IMG/VR virus record: IMGVR_UViG_3300031954_000001
Coordinates: 1-64,000 of that record
Strand: one strand, 5' to 3'
From: a virus
Length of the DNA: 64,000 nt
Positions 44,250 to 54,423 of the stretch are shown one piece after another (the first letter of the stretch is position 1; every line of letters begins with the position of its first letter). The translations under genes and the position numbers were made by a program. Below the pieces are notes generated by a model. That model was not told the origin of the DNA. It saw only the letters and a program-made list of their open reading frames with translations, and searched no databases.

Positions 44250-46055
44250 CTATTTTATCCCTCCTAGCAACTCTCGTACCACACGTACATCTCGTACCAA
44301 TTGGCCTAGCTGTCCAGCTTTTTCACGAAGAACATCTCTGCGACGCTGGTCCACTGTTCCCCTGGTCACGACGTCCACGATTTCGAGGTGGTCGTGGATT
44401 TCCGCGCCGATCCGGTCGATCCGTCCTTCCGGCTGGATGGCCAGGTCCAGCTGCCAGGATCGCTGCAGCATGACCGCGCAGTTCCCGGCGGTCAGCGTGA
44501 TGCCGACGCCGCCCGCGCCAGCGGTGCACATGATGACGTCCAGCCGGCCTGCCTGGAAGTCCGTGACGGCCTGCTGGCGGGTCGCGCGGGTGATACCGTC
44601 CGCGCCGGTCCCCACGATATAACCGGTCCGGTAGCCAGCCTGCTCGCAGTGCTCCCCGGTGAGCATGGCCAGCTGCCGGGACTCGGTGAACACCGCAGTC
44701 GGCTGCCCGGGCCGCTCGGTCAGGATGCCCAGCAGCGTCTCGGCCTTCCAGCACGGCCGCTTGAGCCGCACGTGGTAATGCTTGACCAGCAGCCCGGTGT
44801 CCGGGTCGATTTCCTCGGTGACCGTGACGTCGGCCGCGCTGGACGCGAGCTGGGACAGCCGGGTGAGTTGCGCAAGCGTGGACATGACCGGGAGCTCGCC
44901 GCCGTCCGGGAGCTCGGCGAGCATTTCCCGTTCCATGCCGTCGTACGCGCGCCGCCACTCATCCGGCATCTCCGGGCGGCGCACCGAGTAGATCTTCGGC
45001 GGCAGCTGATCCAGCACGTCGGCCTTGGCCCGGCGCAGGATCTGGCCGTCCAGGCAGGCGAAGAACTCGGCCTCCATCTCCGGGCGCAGGCCCAGGATGA
45101 CGTCCTCGCCCTGGCCGGACGGATCTTTCCGGATAGCGATGTAACGACCTTTGGCCCGGTCCCAAGACGGCCAGCTCGCGTGGTCCAGGCAGGCCAGCGC
45201 CGGGTAGACGTTCTTCATGGAGTGCGTGACCAGGGTGCCGGACGCGGCGATGAAGGCATCCGCATGGCGCGCGATCCGCTGCACCGCCTGGGACTGCTGT
45301 GACCGGTCATTGCCGCACATGTGTGCCTCGTCAGCGATCACGGTGGTCGGCTTCAGCCCCGGCAGCAGGTCGCGGGCGTCCTTCGCGTCTCGTCTTGCGG
45401 TCGCGTAGGTAGTGATCAGGATCCAGTTCCGGTCCCGCCAGCCCCTGACGCGGGCGCGGCTGGCGCCCTGGTGCATGACCGGTTCCGGCCAGCGGGGCAT
45501 CCACTCGCGGATATGGCTATCCCAGACATCACCGACATCCCAGCCTGGGACCACGATGATCATGGGGAAGATCTCGTGCCCGGCCTGGCGCCGGGCTTCC
45601 AGGCCCAGCAGCGAGATGACCGTTTTACCGGTCCCTACTTCGTGCAGCAGCAGCACCTTGCCGGCCGCGGCCAGCGCGGCGGCGTCTTGCGCCTGGAAGT
45701 CGTACGGCTTGAGCCAGGGCGGGCAGACGTCGGGGGGCAGCGGCGGCGGCGGCGTCATCCGGCGGATCGCCTCGGCCATGATCCACTCAGCCAGCTTCGG
45801 CTGCGGATTCCACGTCGCGCGTGACCCGTTGCCGCTGAACATGCGGCCGATCTGCGTGACGGTAGCCCAGGTGGCCGGGACGAGCAGCACGTCCATGTTC
45901 CGGCTGCCGTCGTCGTTGCGGGGGTGCTCGCCGAGCGCAGTCAGGTACTGCAGCCGGGTTGCGGCCAGCTTCAGGCCGAAGTCGTCAGCCGCCGCTGCGA
46001 CCAGGGCGATCTGATCTCCGGCTACGTTAAGTTCGCCAAAAAGTGCTGCGGTCAT
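44250..46055 (-). CDS. SNF2-family (SF2) helicase
   Basis: EVGTGKT, IADEAH, SGT, LRRAK, AGGVGITLT, QPEGRIDRIG. Confidence 0.9.
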   Translation of the reverse strand: MTAALFGELNVAGDQIALVAAAADDFGLKLAATRLQYLTALGEHPRNDDGSRNMDVLLVPATWATVTQIGRMFSGNGSRATWNPQPKLAEWIMAEAIRRMTPPPPLPPDVCPPWLKPYDFQAQDAAALAAAGKVLLLHEVGTGKTVISLLGLEARRQAGHEIFPMIIVVPGWDVGDVWDSHIREWMPRWPEPVMHQGASRARVRGWRDRNWILITTYATARRDAKDARDLLPGLKPTTVIADEAHMCGNDRSQQSQAVQRIARHADAFIAASGTLVTHSMKNVYPALACLDHASWPSWDRAKGRYIAIRKDPSGQGEDVILGLRPEMEAEFFACLDGQILRRAKADVLDQLPPKIYSVRRPEMPDEWRRAYDGMEREMLAELPDGGELPVMSTLAQLTRLSQLASSAADVTVTEEIDPDTGLLVKHYHVRLKRPCWKAETLLGILTERPGQPTAVFTESRQLAMLTGEHCEQAGYRTGYIVGTGADGITRATRQQAVTDFQAGRLDVIMCTAGAGGVGITLTAGNCAVMLQRSWQLDLAIQPEGRIDRIGAEIHDHLEIVDVVTRGTVDQRRRDVLREKAGQLGQLVRDVRVVRELLGGIK

Positions 46056-46282
46056 CTTGTTCCCGCGTCCCCGGGCAGCCCGCACATGGGCACAAGCATC
46101 AGCTCCGGAAGCGGGATGCCGATGGTCTCGTCCAGGACGCAACAGCACTCCGGGCAGCGGCAGTGGGCCTGCCACGAGTGGCCGCCCTCGGCGCTGGAGC
46201 GGATCCCGCAGTGATGACCACGCTCGCCGTGGCTGGCCACGGCAGCGCACTCGGCGGGGAGGCCGGTGGTGACGTCGCTCAT
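46052..46282 (-). CDS. Small Cys/His-rich protein
   Basis: HCRCPECCC; coupled to the helicase start. Confidence 0.6.
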   Translation of the reverse strand: MSDVTTGLPAECAAVASHGERGHHCGIRSSAEGGHSWQAHCRCPECCCVLDETIGIPLPELMLVPMCGLPGDAGTR

Positions 46283-46311
46283 GAAGCCCTCCGGGCAGTG
46301 GAGGGGCCGCA

Positions 46312-46345
46312 GCCGGGCCGCTCGCGCGAGCGCGGGCGGCCCGGC
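46312..46345 (-). terminator. GC-rich hairpin downstream of SSB-like gene
   Basis: gccgggccgctcgcgc/gcgcgggcggcccggc. Confidence 0.55.
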
Positions 46346-46361
46346 CGGACCGTTCGGGTGG

Positions 46362-47555
46362 TTACTGCGTGATCGTGCCGTCAGGCAGCACGATGCGGCC
46401 GTCGCCCAGGGCGATGGGCTGGCCGCTGACCTTCGCCAGGTTGGCCGCGCCGGCTTCGTCCATGCCCTGCGGAGCGGCGAGCGCCTGGACCGGGGCGGGC
46501 TGCACCGGGGCGGGCTGGGCGTACTGTGCCATGACGGGCTGCACCGGGGCGGGCTGCGCGTACTGCTGCGCCGGCTGGGCGTACTGCTGCTGGTCGGCTG
46601 GCTGGACGGCCGGCTGGCCGGGAGCGACCGCGCCGTAGACGGGCTGCGGCGGCGGGGCCGGGGCCTGGTACGCGGCGGGCTGGACCGGGGCAGGCTGAGC
46701 GTACTGCTGCGCCGGCTGGCCGGGCAGCTGCTGCGTGGCCGGCTGCGCGTACTGCGTGACCGGTGCCTGCTGCGGGAGCTGGGTGACCGTGGCCATGGCG
46801 GGCTGCGGGGCCGCAGCGGGGACGGCCTGCTGGGTGACGGGGACCTGGCCGTTCTGGCCGGGGCGCCGGTAGACGACCGAGTGCACGCACTGGTCGTTCA
46901 GCCCGGGCACCGGCCGCCGACTCTCGAACCGGATGGTGACCTGGGCGCCGCCCTCGGGGATGCGGGCCTGCTGCAGCGGCTGACCCGGCGCGCTGATGGT
47001 GGTGAGCGGCACGCCGGCCATTTCCATCGCCCGGTTCAGCTCGTCCCGGTCCGCGCCCATGACGTGCCAGACTGCCATGCCGTCGCCGAACTCCAGGCTC
47101 TGCTGGACCGCGAGCGGCAGGATCATCTTCATCATCGGCGTGTGGCCGTCGCCGAAGAACTTCGGCTGCTTGGTCCGCATGTCCGTCTGCTGTTCCAGGT
47201 CGTTGGACGTGATCGTCCACCGGATCGTGCCGGTGAGCGCCTGACCGGGCGGCTTGGGCATCTGGTAGGTGCCGTGCAGGAAGGTGTTGATCGACTTGCC
47301 CTTGCCGCCGCCGGGCTGGCTGTAGTAGCCGCCGAGGGTGCCGGTTACCCGCTGCACCGGCTGCTGGGCCTGCTGCGGGTAGCCGCCCTGCGGCTGCTGC
47401 GGGTACGGCTGCTGCGGGTAGCCCTGGCCGGGCTGCTGCGGGTACGGCTGGGCGGGCTGCGGCTGGGCGGGCTGCTGCGGGTACGGCTGCTGCGGGTACG
47501 GCTGCTGCGGGTACGGCTGCTGCTGGTCGGGGTACGGCTGGTTCGGGTAGCCCAT
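46362..47555 (-). CDS. Probable ssDNA-binding protein with Gln/Pro/Tyr-rich tails
   Basis: GAAAGGA RBS; core G.I....QQTD..T..PKFF.DG..PMM; located between nuclease and helicase. Confidence 0.6.
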   Translation of the reverse strand: MGYPNQPYPDQQQPYPQQPYPQQPYPQQPAQPQPAQPYPQQPGQGYPQQPYPQQPQGGYPQQAQQPVQRVTGTLGGYYSQPGGGKGKSINTFLHGTYQMPKPPGQALTGTIRWTITSNDLEQQTDMRTKQPKFFGDGHTPMMKMILPLAVQQSLEFGDGMAVWHVMGADRDELNRAMEMAGVPLTTISAPGQPLQQARIPEGGAQVTIRFESRRPVPGLNDQCVHSVVYRRPGQNGQVPVTQQAVPAAAPQPAMATVTQLPQQAPVTQYAQPATQQLPGQPAQQYAQPAPVQPAAYQAPAPPPQPVYGAVAPGQPAVQPADQQQYAQPAQQYAQPAPVQPVMAQYAQPAPVQPAPVQALAAPQGMDEAGAANLAKVSGQPIALGDGRIVLPDGTITQ

Positions 47556-47695
47556 GACGGGTCCTTTCGGTGGTCGCAGCGGCTGCGGTGTGCAGGCTGG
47601 CAGGGTGTTCCGGTGGCGTTTCCGTTACCGTGGTGAGAATACTGTATCGCATACCGCGTCGGGTGCGCGAGATACCGGGTAAGCCAGATATTCAG

Positions 47696-48544
47696 TTATG
47701 CGGCCGGCGGGTACGGGACACCCGCAGGCCAGTCAGCGGGGGCGCTGTGCCCCGGGCAGCCGTGCTCGTGGTCGCCGTCCCTGGCCGCCTCGGCTCTGAA
47801 ATAGCCGCAAAAGTAACACTCGTCGCCCCCGGGTGTGCGGGGCACCATGCCGATGGTCATCGTCCGGTTGAGGATCTGCTGGGCGACCCAGCGGCGGGCC
47901 TCGGTCTGCTGCAGGATCTCGATGACCTTCGCGTCGTCTTCCGGGGTAATCCAGTGATCCCACAGGTACATCTCGGACAGCCGCGAGGCGGTCCGCGGCA
48001 TCGACGCCAGCGCCACCCGCTCCACCTCGAACCCGGCGTTGCGCCAGCCCCAGGCGTACAGCAGGAGCTGGATCACGTAGCGCTGCGGCGGGCCTTCCGG
48101 GCGGCGCGTCTTGGCCTGGCTCGTCGGTCCCTGCAGCTTCCAGTCCACGACGGTTTTCTCGGCCACGTCATACACGTCCGAGGTGCCCGGGTAATCCGGG
48201 TGCGGGCTGACCCGCTTCTCAGTCAGCCACCGCAGCTCCCCGTTCAGCGCGTTCTCGTTCTCGAAAAACTGGGCGAGGATCGCGTGCACCCCGGTCCCGA
48301 CCACCGAGGCCCACGGGTCGGCGGTGTGGTTGGTGACCGGCTCCTCGATCAGCTTGGACACCACCTGCCTATCGCACACCGCGCCCAGCTCGGACGGCCC
48401 GAGCCGGCGCTGCACGGTGCGCGGCATCCGGTGCGCTTGCCGGACGATCACCTCGCGCAGGTCCATGGCGTAGCGGGCGCCCCAGTCGGTGGCCGCTCCG
48501 GGCGGCGTCGGGCTGCGGCCGAAGTAGTCCGTCATCTGCGTCAT
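47696..48544 (-). CDS. Cas4-like PD-(D/E)XK exonuclease
   Basis: GPSELG..CDR, GTGVH, GTSDVYD, VVDWK, QLLLY, CYFC...C. Confidence 0.85.
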   Translation of the reverse strand: MTQMTDYFGRSPTPPGAATDWGARYAMDLREVIVRQAHRMPRTVQRRLGPSELGAVCDRQVVSKLIEEPVTNHTADPWASVVGTGVHAILAQFFENENALNGELRWLTEKRVSPHPDYPGTSDVYDVAEKTVVDWKLQGPTSQAKTRRPEGPPQRYVIQLLLYAWGWRNAGFEVERVALASMPRTASRLSEMYLWDHWITPEDDAKVIEILQQTEARRWVAQQILNRTMTIGMVPRTPGGDECYFCGYFRAEAARDGDHEHGCPGHSAPADWPAGVPYPPAA

Positions 48545-48556
48545 GAGCCCACCTTG

Positions 48557-48778
48557 TCACCCGGTACTGTCATTCCGGTGCCGGGCGCGCCGGCGGATCC
48601 CGGTGAGGGCCAGCGCGCGCTCGTACGCTCGCCTGCTCATGTGCCGGGCCGGGTTCGGGTGATCCTTCGGCCGCCAGCACACCGGGAACGGGTCCAGCTC
48701 GGCCGGGTCCAGCGCGTCGCGCGGCCGGGCCAGCTCGTAGTACTCCACGGGCTCCAGGCAGCGAGGCGTGCTGATCAT
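48557..48778 (-). CDS. Hypothetical protein
   Basis: ATGA overlap. Confidence 0.55.
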   Translation of the reverse strand: MISTPRCLEPVEYYELARPRDALDPAELDPFPVCWRPKDHPNPARHMSRRAYERALALTGIRRRARHRNDSTG

Positions 48779-49197
48779 CGTGGCGGTCCCAGCACCCAGC
48801 CGCCCTTTGCGTCGCGGTAGGACTCGTAGACGCCCGGGTGGTCGGCGTCGAACCGGTCCCGGTTGAACCGGCGCTCGATCTTCCAGTCCAGGTTCCACGG
48901 CGGCCGGGCCGACGTGCCGGCGAACCGGATGTGCGCGGGGATCGTGCCGCCGTTGATCGCGGTGGCGGCGGCGACGCCCTGCGCCTTGATGTCGGCGATC
49001 AGCTGATCGCGTGCCTTCTCGGCGTCGGTGACGGCGGCCTTGGCCAGCTCCAGCTCGTCCAGCATCCGCGCGAGCTCGGTGCCCGGCTGCGGGTTCAGCG
49101 TGACCGGCGGCGGGGCCGGCGGGCGGGCGTAGGTGGTGGCGGCCTGCGGCTGCGCAGGGTCGTACGGCAGCGCAGGACTGTATTGCGGGACTCCCAT
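48775..49197 (-). CDS. Hypothetical protein (resembles the C-terminal part of YqaJ-like nucleases)
   Basis: Coiled coil followed by W....RFN...F...HP.VY..Y. Confidence 0.6.
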   Translation of the reverse strand: MGVPQYSPALPYDPAQPQAATTYARPPAPPPVTLNPQPGTELARMLDELELAKAAVTDAEKARDQLIADIKAQGVAAATAINGGTIPAHIRFAGTSARPPWNLDWKIERRFNRDRFDADHPGVYESYRDAKGGWVLGPPR

Positions 49198-49338
49198 CAC
49201 GGCTCTCCCTGGTCTCCTGATCGTCTTCGTCCGTCTACCGTACCTCCGCCCGCTGACATTTTCACGGGCTCCGGCGTGTCCGGGCATATGCTCGCCTCAG
49301 AGCACGCGCACGATCAGGAGAGCGACGAGGAGACCGGC

Positions 49339-49893
49339 ATGGCCGTGGTCAGGATCGAGGACGAGCACGCGGTTTACGAGTTCGAGGGCGAGGTGATCGC
49401 GGGCGGCCCGGACAGCCCGGTGAGCACCGCCCTGGACGCCCGGCAGCGGCACCGGGCACGGTGGATGGAAGCCGTCCTCTATATCAAGCCGGACAAGATG
49501 TACGTGCTGTGGGAAGCGAACTACAGCCTCGTCTGGCATCAGATCGACGGCGGCGGCCACGTCCGCAAACCGCAGGAGGTGCCGTGGAGCCAGCTGGACC
49601 GCAACGCCGTCTACTGCGGCGCGCTGCCAGCCCGGGAAGGCCGCGAATCCTGCCCGCCGGGTCCGCGCCGCGGCCCGAAGGGCATCGGCCGGATCGTGCT
49701 GGCCGAGCTGCCCCAGCACCGGGTGTCCTCCTACCCGGACCACCACGCGGTGATCCGGCGGATGACCCTGGCCCAGCGCGGTGACGGGTCCATGTCCGCC
49801 GCGCTGAGCGAGCCGATGAGCGAGCTGCTGCGCCAGGCCCGGCTGAACGACCCGGCGTTCCGCGGCGGCGCCAAGCCGGTGGTGCGTATGTAG
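49339..49893 (+). CDS. Hypothetical protein
   Basis: GAGGAGAC RBS; RW.E..LY motif. Confidence 0.8.
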   Translation: MAVVRIEDEHAVYEFEGEVIAGGPDSPVSTALDARQRHRARWMEAVLYIKPDKMYVLWEANYSLVWHQIDGGGHVRKPQEVPWSQLDRNAVYCGALPAREGRESCPPGPRRGPKGIGRIVLAELPQHRVSSYPDHHAVIRRMTLAQRGDGSMSAALSEPMSELLRQARLNDPAFRGGAKPVVRM

Positions 49894-50039
49894 ATGCCCG
49901 CGAGGGTGACGAGGAGTTGCACGACAACAGAAGACAGGACATGATCAGCCTGTACGCACACAGGGGAATTAACAGAGCATCAGACTTGTCATGTATACTG
50001 AGTGCAGACCCCTAGAGCTAGGAAGGGGAGGTCGATCAC

Positions 50040-51209
50040 ATGGCGCAGAAGAAATACGCCAGGGTGGTCAAGGCAGCAACTGCCGAGACCGCCAGCAAGT
50101 TCAGGCTAGCCGAGGCGCTGGCCCTGGACATCCCGCCGCGCAACCCCGGGCCGTCAGGCGACGAGGAGCCGGTGGACGTTTACCTGAACCAGGCCCGCGA
50201 GGCCATCGTCGCCGCCGGCGGCGAGGAGCGGACCATCGAGACCCTGAAGCGCTACCGGTGCACGGCGCTGTGGGTCAGCGGCGGAGTCCGTGTGGAAACC
50301 CACACCAACTTCGCCTGGGTGGCCGGGGCATCGTTCAGTTCCCACGACGAGGCGAGGGCGAACGGCCTGACCCTGGAGAAGTTCACCGCGCTGGATGACA
50401 AGCGCGTGGACGCCGTCCGGGCTGCCGCCGGGAACCAGCCGAAGTCCGGTTCGGTGTCCCGCATCGCCGGGTGGACCGGCACCCAGCGGGTAGACATCGC
50501 CCGCGAGCTGCTAGCCGACCCGGATGTCACGACGGCGCTTGCCCTGGACGGGCTGGAGACCCCGGAGCTGTACTGCAAGTCCTGCCGCACGGTCCGGCCG
50601 GTTCGCCCGGGTGGCGAGGACTGGGAGTGCATGGTCTGCGGCAGCGGGCTCGTCCCGCTGGAGTCCGAGTCGATCCCGTCCTCCGTGCGGCACGCGCTCG
50701 GCATCCCGGTTAGCGAGGGACCGCTCGCCCCGCCCGTCTTCCCGGCCGGCCTGACCGAGGAGGACGCCCGCGAGGCGGTGGAGAAGATGTCTGCCGAGGA
50801 CCGGGCGCTGCTCGCCAGGCAGGCACTCGCCGACGAGGGCGCGGCCGAGCTGGCCATGGCCGACCCGGACACCCGCGAGGACACGCTCCGCGCAGCCATG
50901 CGGGTGTCGGAGCAGGCTAACGCCGGGCGTACCCGGCCGCAGCCGTCCGGCCCGACTCCCGCCGAGCGCTCCGAGGACGAGCACTGGGCGTCCCTGGGCA
51001 ACTGGCAGCAGGTCAGCGACGCTCTCAAGGCCGAGGCTGTGCACCTGCAGTCCTCCGAGCTGCTGGCCGCGGACAACGGGCAGTTCCGCAACGTCATCCT
51101 CGGGTACATCGCCCGGACTCGTTCCCAGCTGGACCTGATCGAGTCGATCACCTCCGGCGGCGGCGTGTCCGACGAAGCCCTGGCGAAGCTGCTGGAGGGC
51201 GACGAGTGA
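50040..51209 (+). CDS. Putative DNA-binding protein with Zn ribbon
   Basis: GGGGAGG RBS; TLKRYR..A...SFSSH (LmbU-like pattern); CKSC..CMVC. Confidence 0.65.
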   Translation: MAQKKYARVVKAATAETASKFRLAEALALDIPPRNPGPSGDEEPVDVYLNQAREAIVAAGGEERTIETLKRYRCTALWVSGGVRVETHTNFAWVAGASFSSHDEARANGLTLEKFTALDDKRVDAVRAAAGNQPKSGSVSRIAGWTGTQRVDIARELLADPDVTTALALDGLETPELYCKSCRTVRPVRPGGEDWECMVCGSGLVPLESESIPSSVRHALGIPVSEGPLAPPVFPAGLTEEDAREAVEKMSAEDRALLARQALADEGAAELAMADPDTREDTLRAAMRVSEQANAGRTRPQPSGPTPAERSEDEHWASLGNWQQVSDALKAEAVHLQSSELLAADNGQFRNVILGYIARTRSQLDLIESITSGGGVSDEALAKLLEGDE

Positions 51210-51673
51210 GCAAGGTAGACGACAGGGCGCAGGTGATCCTGGACTACCTGAGCACGCACCTCGGGCAGCGGGTCACCCGCCCGCAGCTGCTGGCCGCCAC
51301 CGGGCTGTCGAACAGCGCCGGGACCGACGCCGCCATCCGGCGCGCCCGGGACATGGCGTCCGCGCAGGGCCTGCATTTCCCGCCCGCCATCCGGCGCAGG
51401 GGCGATCTGATGCCGCTGTACCTGGTCACCGACCAGGCTGCCGACGCGATCCTGCCCACGCGCAGGATGCACGCCATCGCCAACGGCGTGCGGCGGCGGG
51501 AGGAGGTCGGGCTGGACTTCATGGCTGCTCATGCGGACCAGCTCGATGACACCGCCCGCGGTCAGCTGGAGATGCTGGCGCAGGCCCGGACGGCCCGTGC
51601 CGCCGTGCAGGTGCTGGAGGACATGGCGATGACCCGCCTGGCCGCCACGGTGAACGGTCAGCCGGCGGCCTGA
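51206..51673 (+). CDS. Winged-helix-like protein
   Basis: ILDYL...VTRPQLLAATGLS...AIRRARD. Confidence 0.65.
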   Translation: MSKVDDRAQVILDYLSTHLGQRVTRPQLLAATGLSNSAGTDAAIRRARDMASAQGLHFPPAIRRRGDLMPLYLVTDQAADAILPTRRMHAIANGVRRREEVGLDFMAAHADQLDDTARGQLEMLAQARTARAAVQVLEDMAMTRLAATVNGQPAA

Positions 51674-51695
51674 TCCTCCCATCAGTGGGAACAAC

Positions 51696-51733
51696 CCCTG
51701 CCGGGCACCGGGCCAACTCGGTGCCCGGCAGGG
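51696..51733 (+). terminator. 16-bp hairpin after palindrome 51676
   Basis: ccctgccgggcaccgg/tcggtgcccggcaggg. Confidence 0.55.
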
Positions 51734-51774
51734 TGACCATAGAACAAGGCCGCGAACACGATCAGGAGATCGAG

Positions 51775-52413
51775 ATGGCGAAACCTGCCGCGACGGCGCA
51801 ACTGGTGACCGAGGTTACTGAGTACGTGCCCGCCCCCGGCCCGCAAGACGACTACGAGGAGTACCGCCGGGACCTGCTGCGTGCCCGGCTGATCGCGGTC
51901 GGCGAACCGCTGTTCGAGAGCCCGGGCTTCGGGCCGGACGGCGTCAAGCTGCCCGAGCGCGACATCCTGTCCGATCTCGCGTATGAGATCGAGTGGTACC
52001 TGCGCAGCCTGTCCATCCCCCAGCTGGTCTGCCTGACTTACGGGCACCGCTGGCCGGAACTGATCCCGGTCCCGGGCATGAAGCTGCCGCGCGGCTTCCG
52101 GGCCGTCCGCGACCCGCAGGTGAGGACCGTGTTCCTGGTCACCGAAGACTGCACCCGCAAGATCGTCATCGGGAAGGGCGAGCGCAGGCGGGCCGACGCC
52201 CAGTACTGCGGCACCACGCGCAGCAGCCGGACGCTGCCTGGCCAGATCTCCGGATTGTTCGACCGCGCCCACATGCGGCAGTACACCTACGACAAGGACG
52301 CCTGGGCCAAGCGCCCGCCGGCGTCCCGGCTGACCAGGATCGACTTCCTGGACGAGATCTACCGCCGGATGGGCCGCGACCTGTTCCCCGCCGAGATGGA
52401 GGAGGGCCAGTGA
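51775..52413 (+). CDS. Hypothetical protein (Zn-binding)
   Basis: GATCAGGAGA RBS; C...GH.W...C...C. Confidence 0.75.
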   Translation: MAKPAATAQLVTEVTEYVPAPGPQDDYEEYRRDLLRARLIAVGEPLFESPGFGPDGVKLPERDILSDLAYEIEWYLRSLSIPQLVCLTYGHRWPELIPVPGMKLPRGFRAVRDPQVRTVFLVTEDCTRKIVIGKGERRRADAQYCGTTRSSRTLPGQISGLFDRAHMRQYTYDKDAWAKRPPASRLTRIDFLDEIYRRMGRDLFPAEMEEGQ

Positions 52414-52616
52414 ACGCGAACGTGAGCCTGGCTGACGGCGGCACTTTCCTGGTCGACAGGATCACCGACGCCGCGGTCGTGCTGGTCTTCGGCACCAAGG
52501 TCGTCATCGTGCGGGAGAACGGCGCCGTGCTGGAAGTCCCCCGGCACCCGGTGACCGCCGCCCAGAGTGACCGCGACCACCTCGCCGCCCGGGTCACCGC
52601 GGAGGGCAAGTCATGA
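52410..52616 (+). CDS. Hypothetical protein
   Basis: GGAGG RBS, GTGA overlap. Confidence 0.65.
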   Translation: MNANVSLADGGTFLVDRITDAAVVLVFGTKVVIVRENGAVLEVPRHPVTAAQSDRDHLAARVTAEGKS

Positions 52617-52840
52617 GCGCCCGCGTCCTGAAACTGTTCCGCGACGTGCCCGGCCCGGATGAGCTGACCGCCAAGCGCGGCATCGTCGCCGAGGCGGTCG
52701 TGTTCAGCGACGGCAAGGCCGTACTGCACTGGCTGACCGGGATCGACGTCACCGAGACCTACCCGTCCGAAGACGACATGCGCCTGGTCCGCGAGCGCAG
52801 CGGCCGGTCCCGCTTTATCGAGGCAGGCGGGTCAGCGTGA
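52613..52840 (+). CDS. Hypothetical phage protein
   Basis: GIVAEAVVFSDGKAVLHW. Confidence 0.75.
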   Translation: MSARVLKLFRDVPGPDELTAKRGIVAEAVVFSDGKAVLHWLTGIDVTETYPSEDDMRLVRERSGRSRFIEAGGSA

Positions 52841-53256
52841 GCGGCGGGAAACTGGGCGAGCTGCAGACCCGTGCCGCCCGGCTGGTCGCCGCTCCCGGCA
52901 TCGACCGGGGAACGCTGGCCGTCAAGATCCGCGAGCTGATCACCGCCGCGCACGAGCTCGGCCGCGAAGAACGCGAGCGCGAGCTGGCCGTCATGAGCAG
53001 TGACAAGCGGGCCGGGGTCCTCAGCAGGACCCGGCACCCGTCCGCGCTGGCGCTGTCCGACGACGACTCCGAGCCCGAGGCGGATGCCGCGGAGCAGCGG
53101 GCGCAGTTCACAGGCGGCCCGGACATCGGCCCGGAAGTCCTGGCCGACTACCTGAGCGGGCGGGCGTCACAGCCGGGCTGGCCGGTGGAGACCGGCGAGC
53201 CGTTCCGCGGTGCCGCCGAGCGCGAGTGGGACGACTCAAGAGGCGGCGAGCCGTGA
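52837..53256 (+). CDS. Hypothetical protein
   Basis: GTGA overlap. Confidence 0.65.
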   Translation: MSGGKLGELQTRAARLVAAPGIDRGTLAVKIRELITAAHELGREERERELAVMSSDKRAGVLSRTRHPSALALSDDDSEPEADAAEQRAQFTGGPDIGPEVLADYLSGRASQPGWPVETGEPFRGAAEREWDDSRGGEP

Positions 53257-53570
53257 GCGGCCCGGGCAACGGCGGCGCAGGGCGCACCGTGCACTGCCGG
53301 CACTGCCTCGGCACCGCGCCGCGCCCGGACACGAGTATCCCGGTCGGCTGGCTGGCGCTGACCGTGTCCGTTCCGCCGGAGTACTGCGCGGACGGCAGCG
53401 GCCGGACGCACATCTGGCTGGGCTTGTTCTGCTGCGCCGCCTGCCTGGTCGCGCACGGCCCGGAGATCGAGCGGCAGCAGGACCTGGCCCGCCAGGCGTA
53501 CCAGGCCGTGGTACCGGACCCGCCGGTTATCAGCAGTCAGACGAGGATAGGAAGGCCGGTGCCGCGATGA
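53253..53570 (+). CDS. Zn-binding hypothetical protein
   Basis: CRHC...P.GW...FCCAAC. Confidence 0.7.
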   Translation: MSGPGNGGAGRTVHCRHCLGTAPRPDTSIPVGWLALTVSVPPEYCADGSGRTHIWLGLFCCAACLVAHGPEIERQQDLARQAYQAVVPDPPVISSQTRIGRPVPR

Positions 53571-53821
53571 GGTTCTGGCGCGAGAACAAGACCGACCAGG
53601 AGTTCGACTGGCCGGTGGACGCCGTCGCTGACGCGTTCATGGTCCATTACTGGCGGGAGAGGCTGCAGTACGCGCCGTTCCCGCTGGAGCGGATGCTGCG
53701 CAGCTGGCTGACCGCCGCTGACGGCTTCAACAGCGTCTGGGAGGCCGAGACCGGTCCGGACAGTTTCGAGGAGCTGTTCGACCAGGTGCGGGAGCGCACC
53801 AGGACCGAGGCGCCGGCATGA
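53567..53821 (+). CDS. Hypothetical protein
   Basis: ATGA overlap. Confidence 0.7.
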   Translation: MRFWRENKTDQEFDWPVDAVADAFMVHYWRERLQYAPFPLERMLRSWLTAADGFNSVWEAETGPDSFEELFDQVRERTRTEAPA

Positions 53822-54423
53822 CCACCCGGATGCAGTTCGTCGTCACCGACGACCTGGACGAGTTCGAGAAGCGCGAGTTCAACGACACCGGCCCGGACGG
53901 CGTCAAGGACATCGTCTCCCTCAACGGCGTGGCCGTGGAGCTGGACCTGACCGCTGCGCATTCCGCTGAGCTGCACGCGCTGCTGAAGCGGTACCTGGAG
54001 GCCGGGCACCGGCCCGGTGAGGAGCCGCAGCCGCCGGTCCCGCGTATCCCGGACAAGCGGCCCGGCCAGGGCGTCCGCCGTGAGATTCCCGGGACGCGTG
54101 ACTTCTACCGGGAACTTCGCGAGTGGGCTACCGCGAACGACCTGGAGGTCCCGACCGCCGGCCGCGAAGACAGCAAGAGAAACTACGTGTACGACAAGCT
54201 GCTCCCGTCGTACATCGCGTACCTGCAGGAGCAGGCGCGCAGCGGGAAGGACGGCGGGGTGGCCGTGGCCAGGCTCGCAATGGCTGCACTGCTGCGCCTG
54301 CCTGGAACAGAAGGGGGGCAGCCGGCTGTTAACTTAGCTAACGATTTCGGTATCATGCGAGCAGGACGCGGTATACCGATACACAGACAACGGAGATACC
54401 ATGACGACCATGACGAAGGATAG
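53818..54423 (+). CDS. lsr2: Lsr2-like nucleoid-associated protein
   Basis: VTDDLD...SLNGVAVELDLT..H..EL..LL..Y..AG dimerisation domain; LREWA..N.LEV...GR. Confidence 0.75.
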   Translation: MTTRMQFVVTDDLDEFEKREFNDTGPDGVKDIVSLNGVAVELDLTAAHSAELHALLKRYLEAGHRPGEEPQPPVPRIPDKRPGQGVRREIPGTRDFYRELREWATANDLEVPTAGREDSKRNYVYDKLLPSYIAYLQEQARSGKDGGVAVARLAMAALLRLPGTEGGQPAVNLANDFGIMRAGRGIPIHRQRRYHDDHDEG

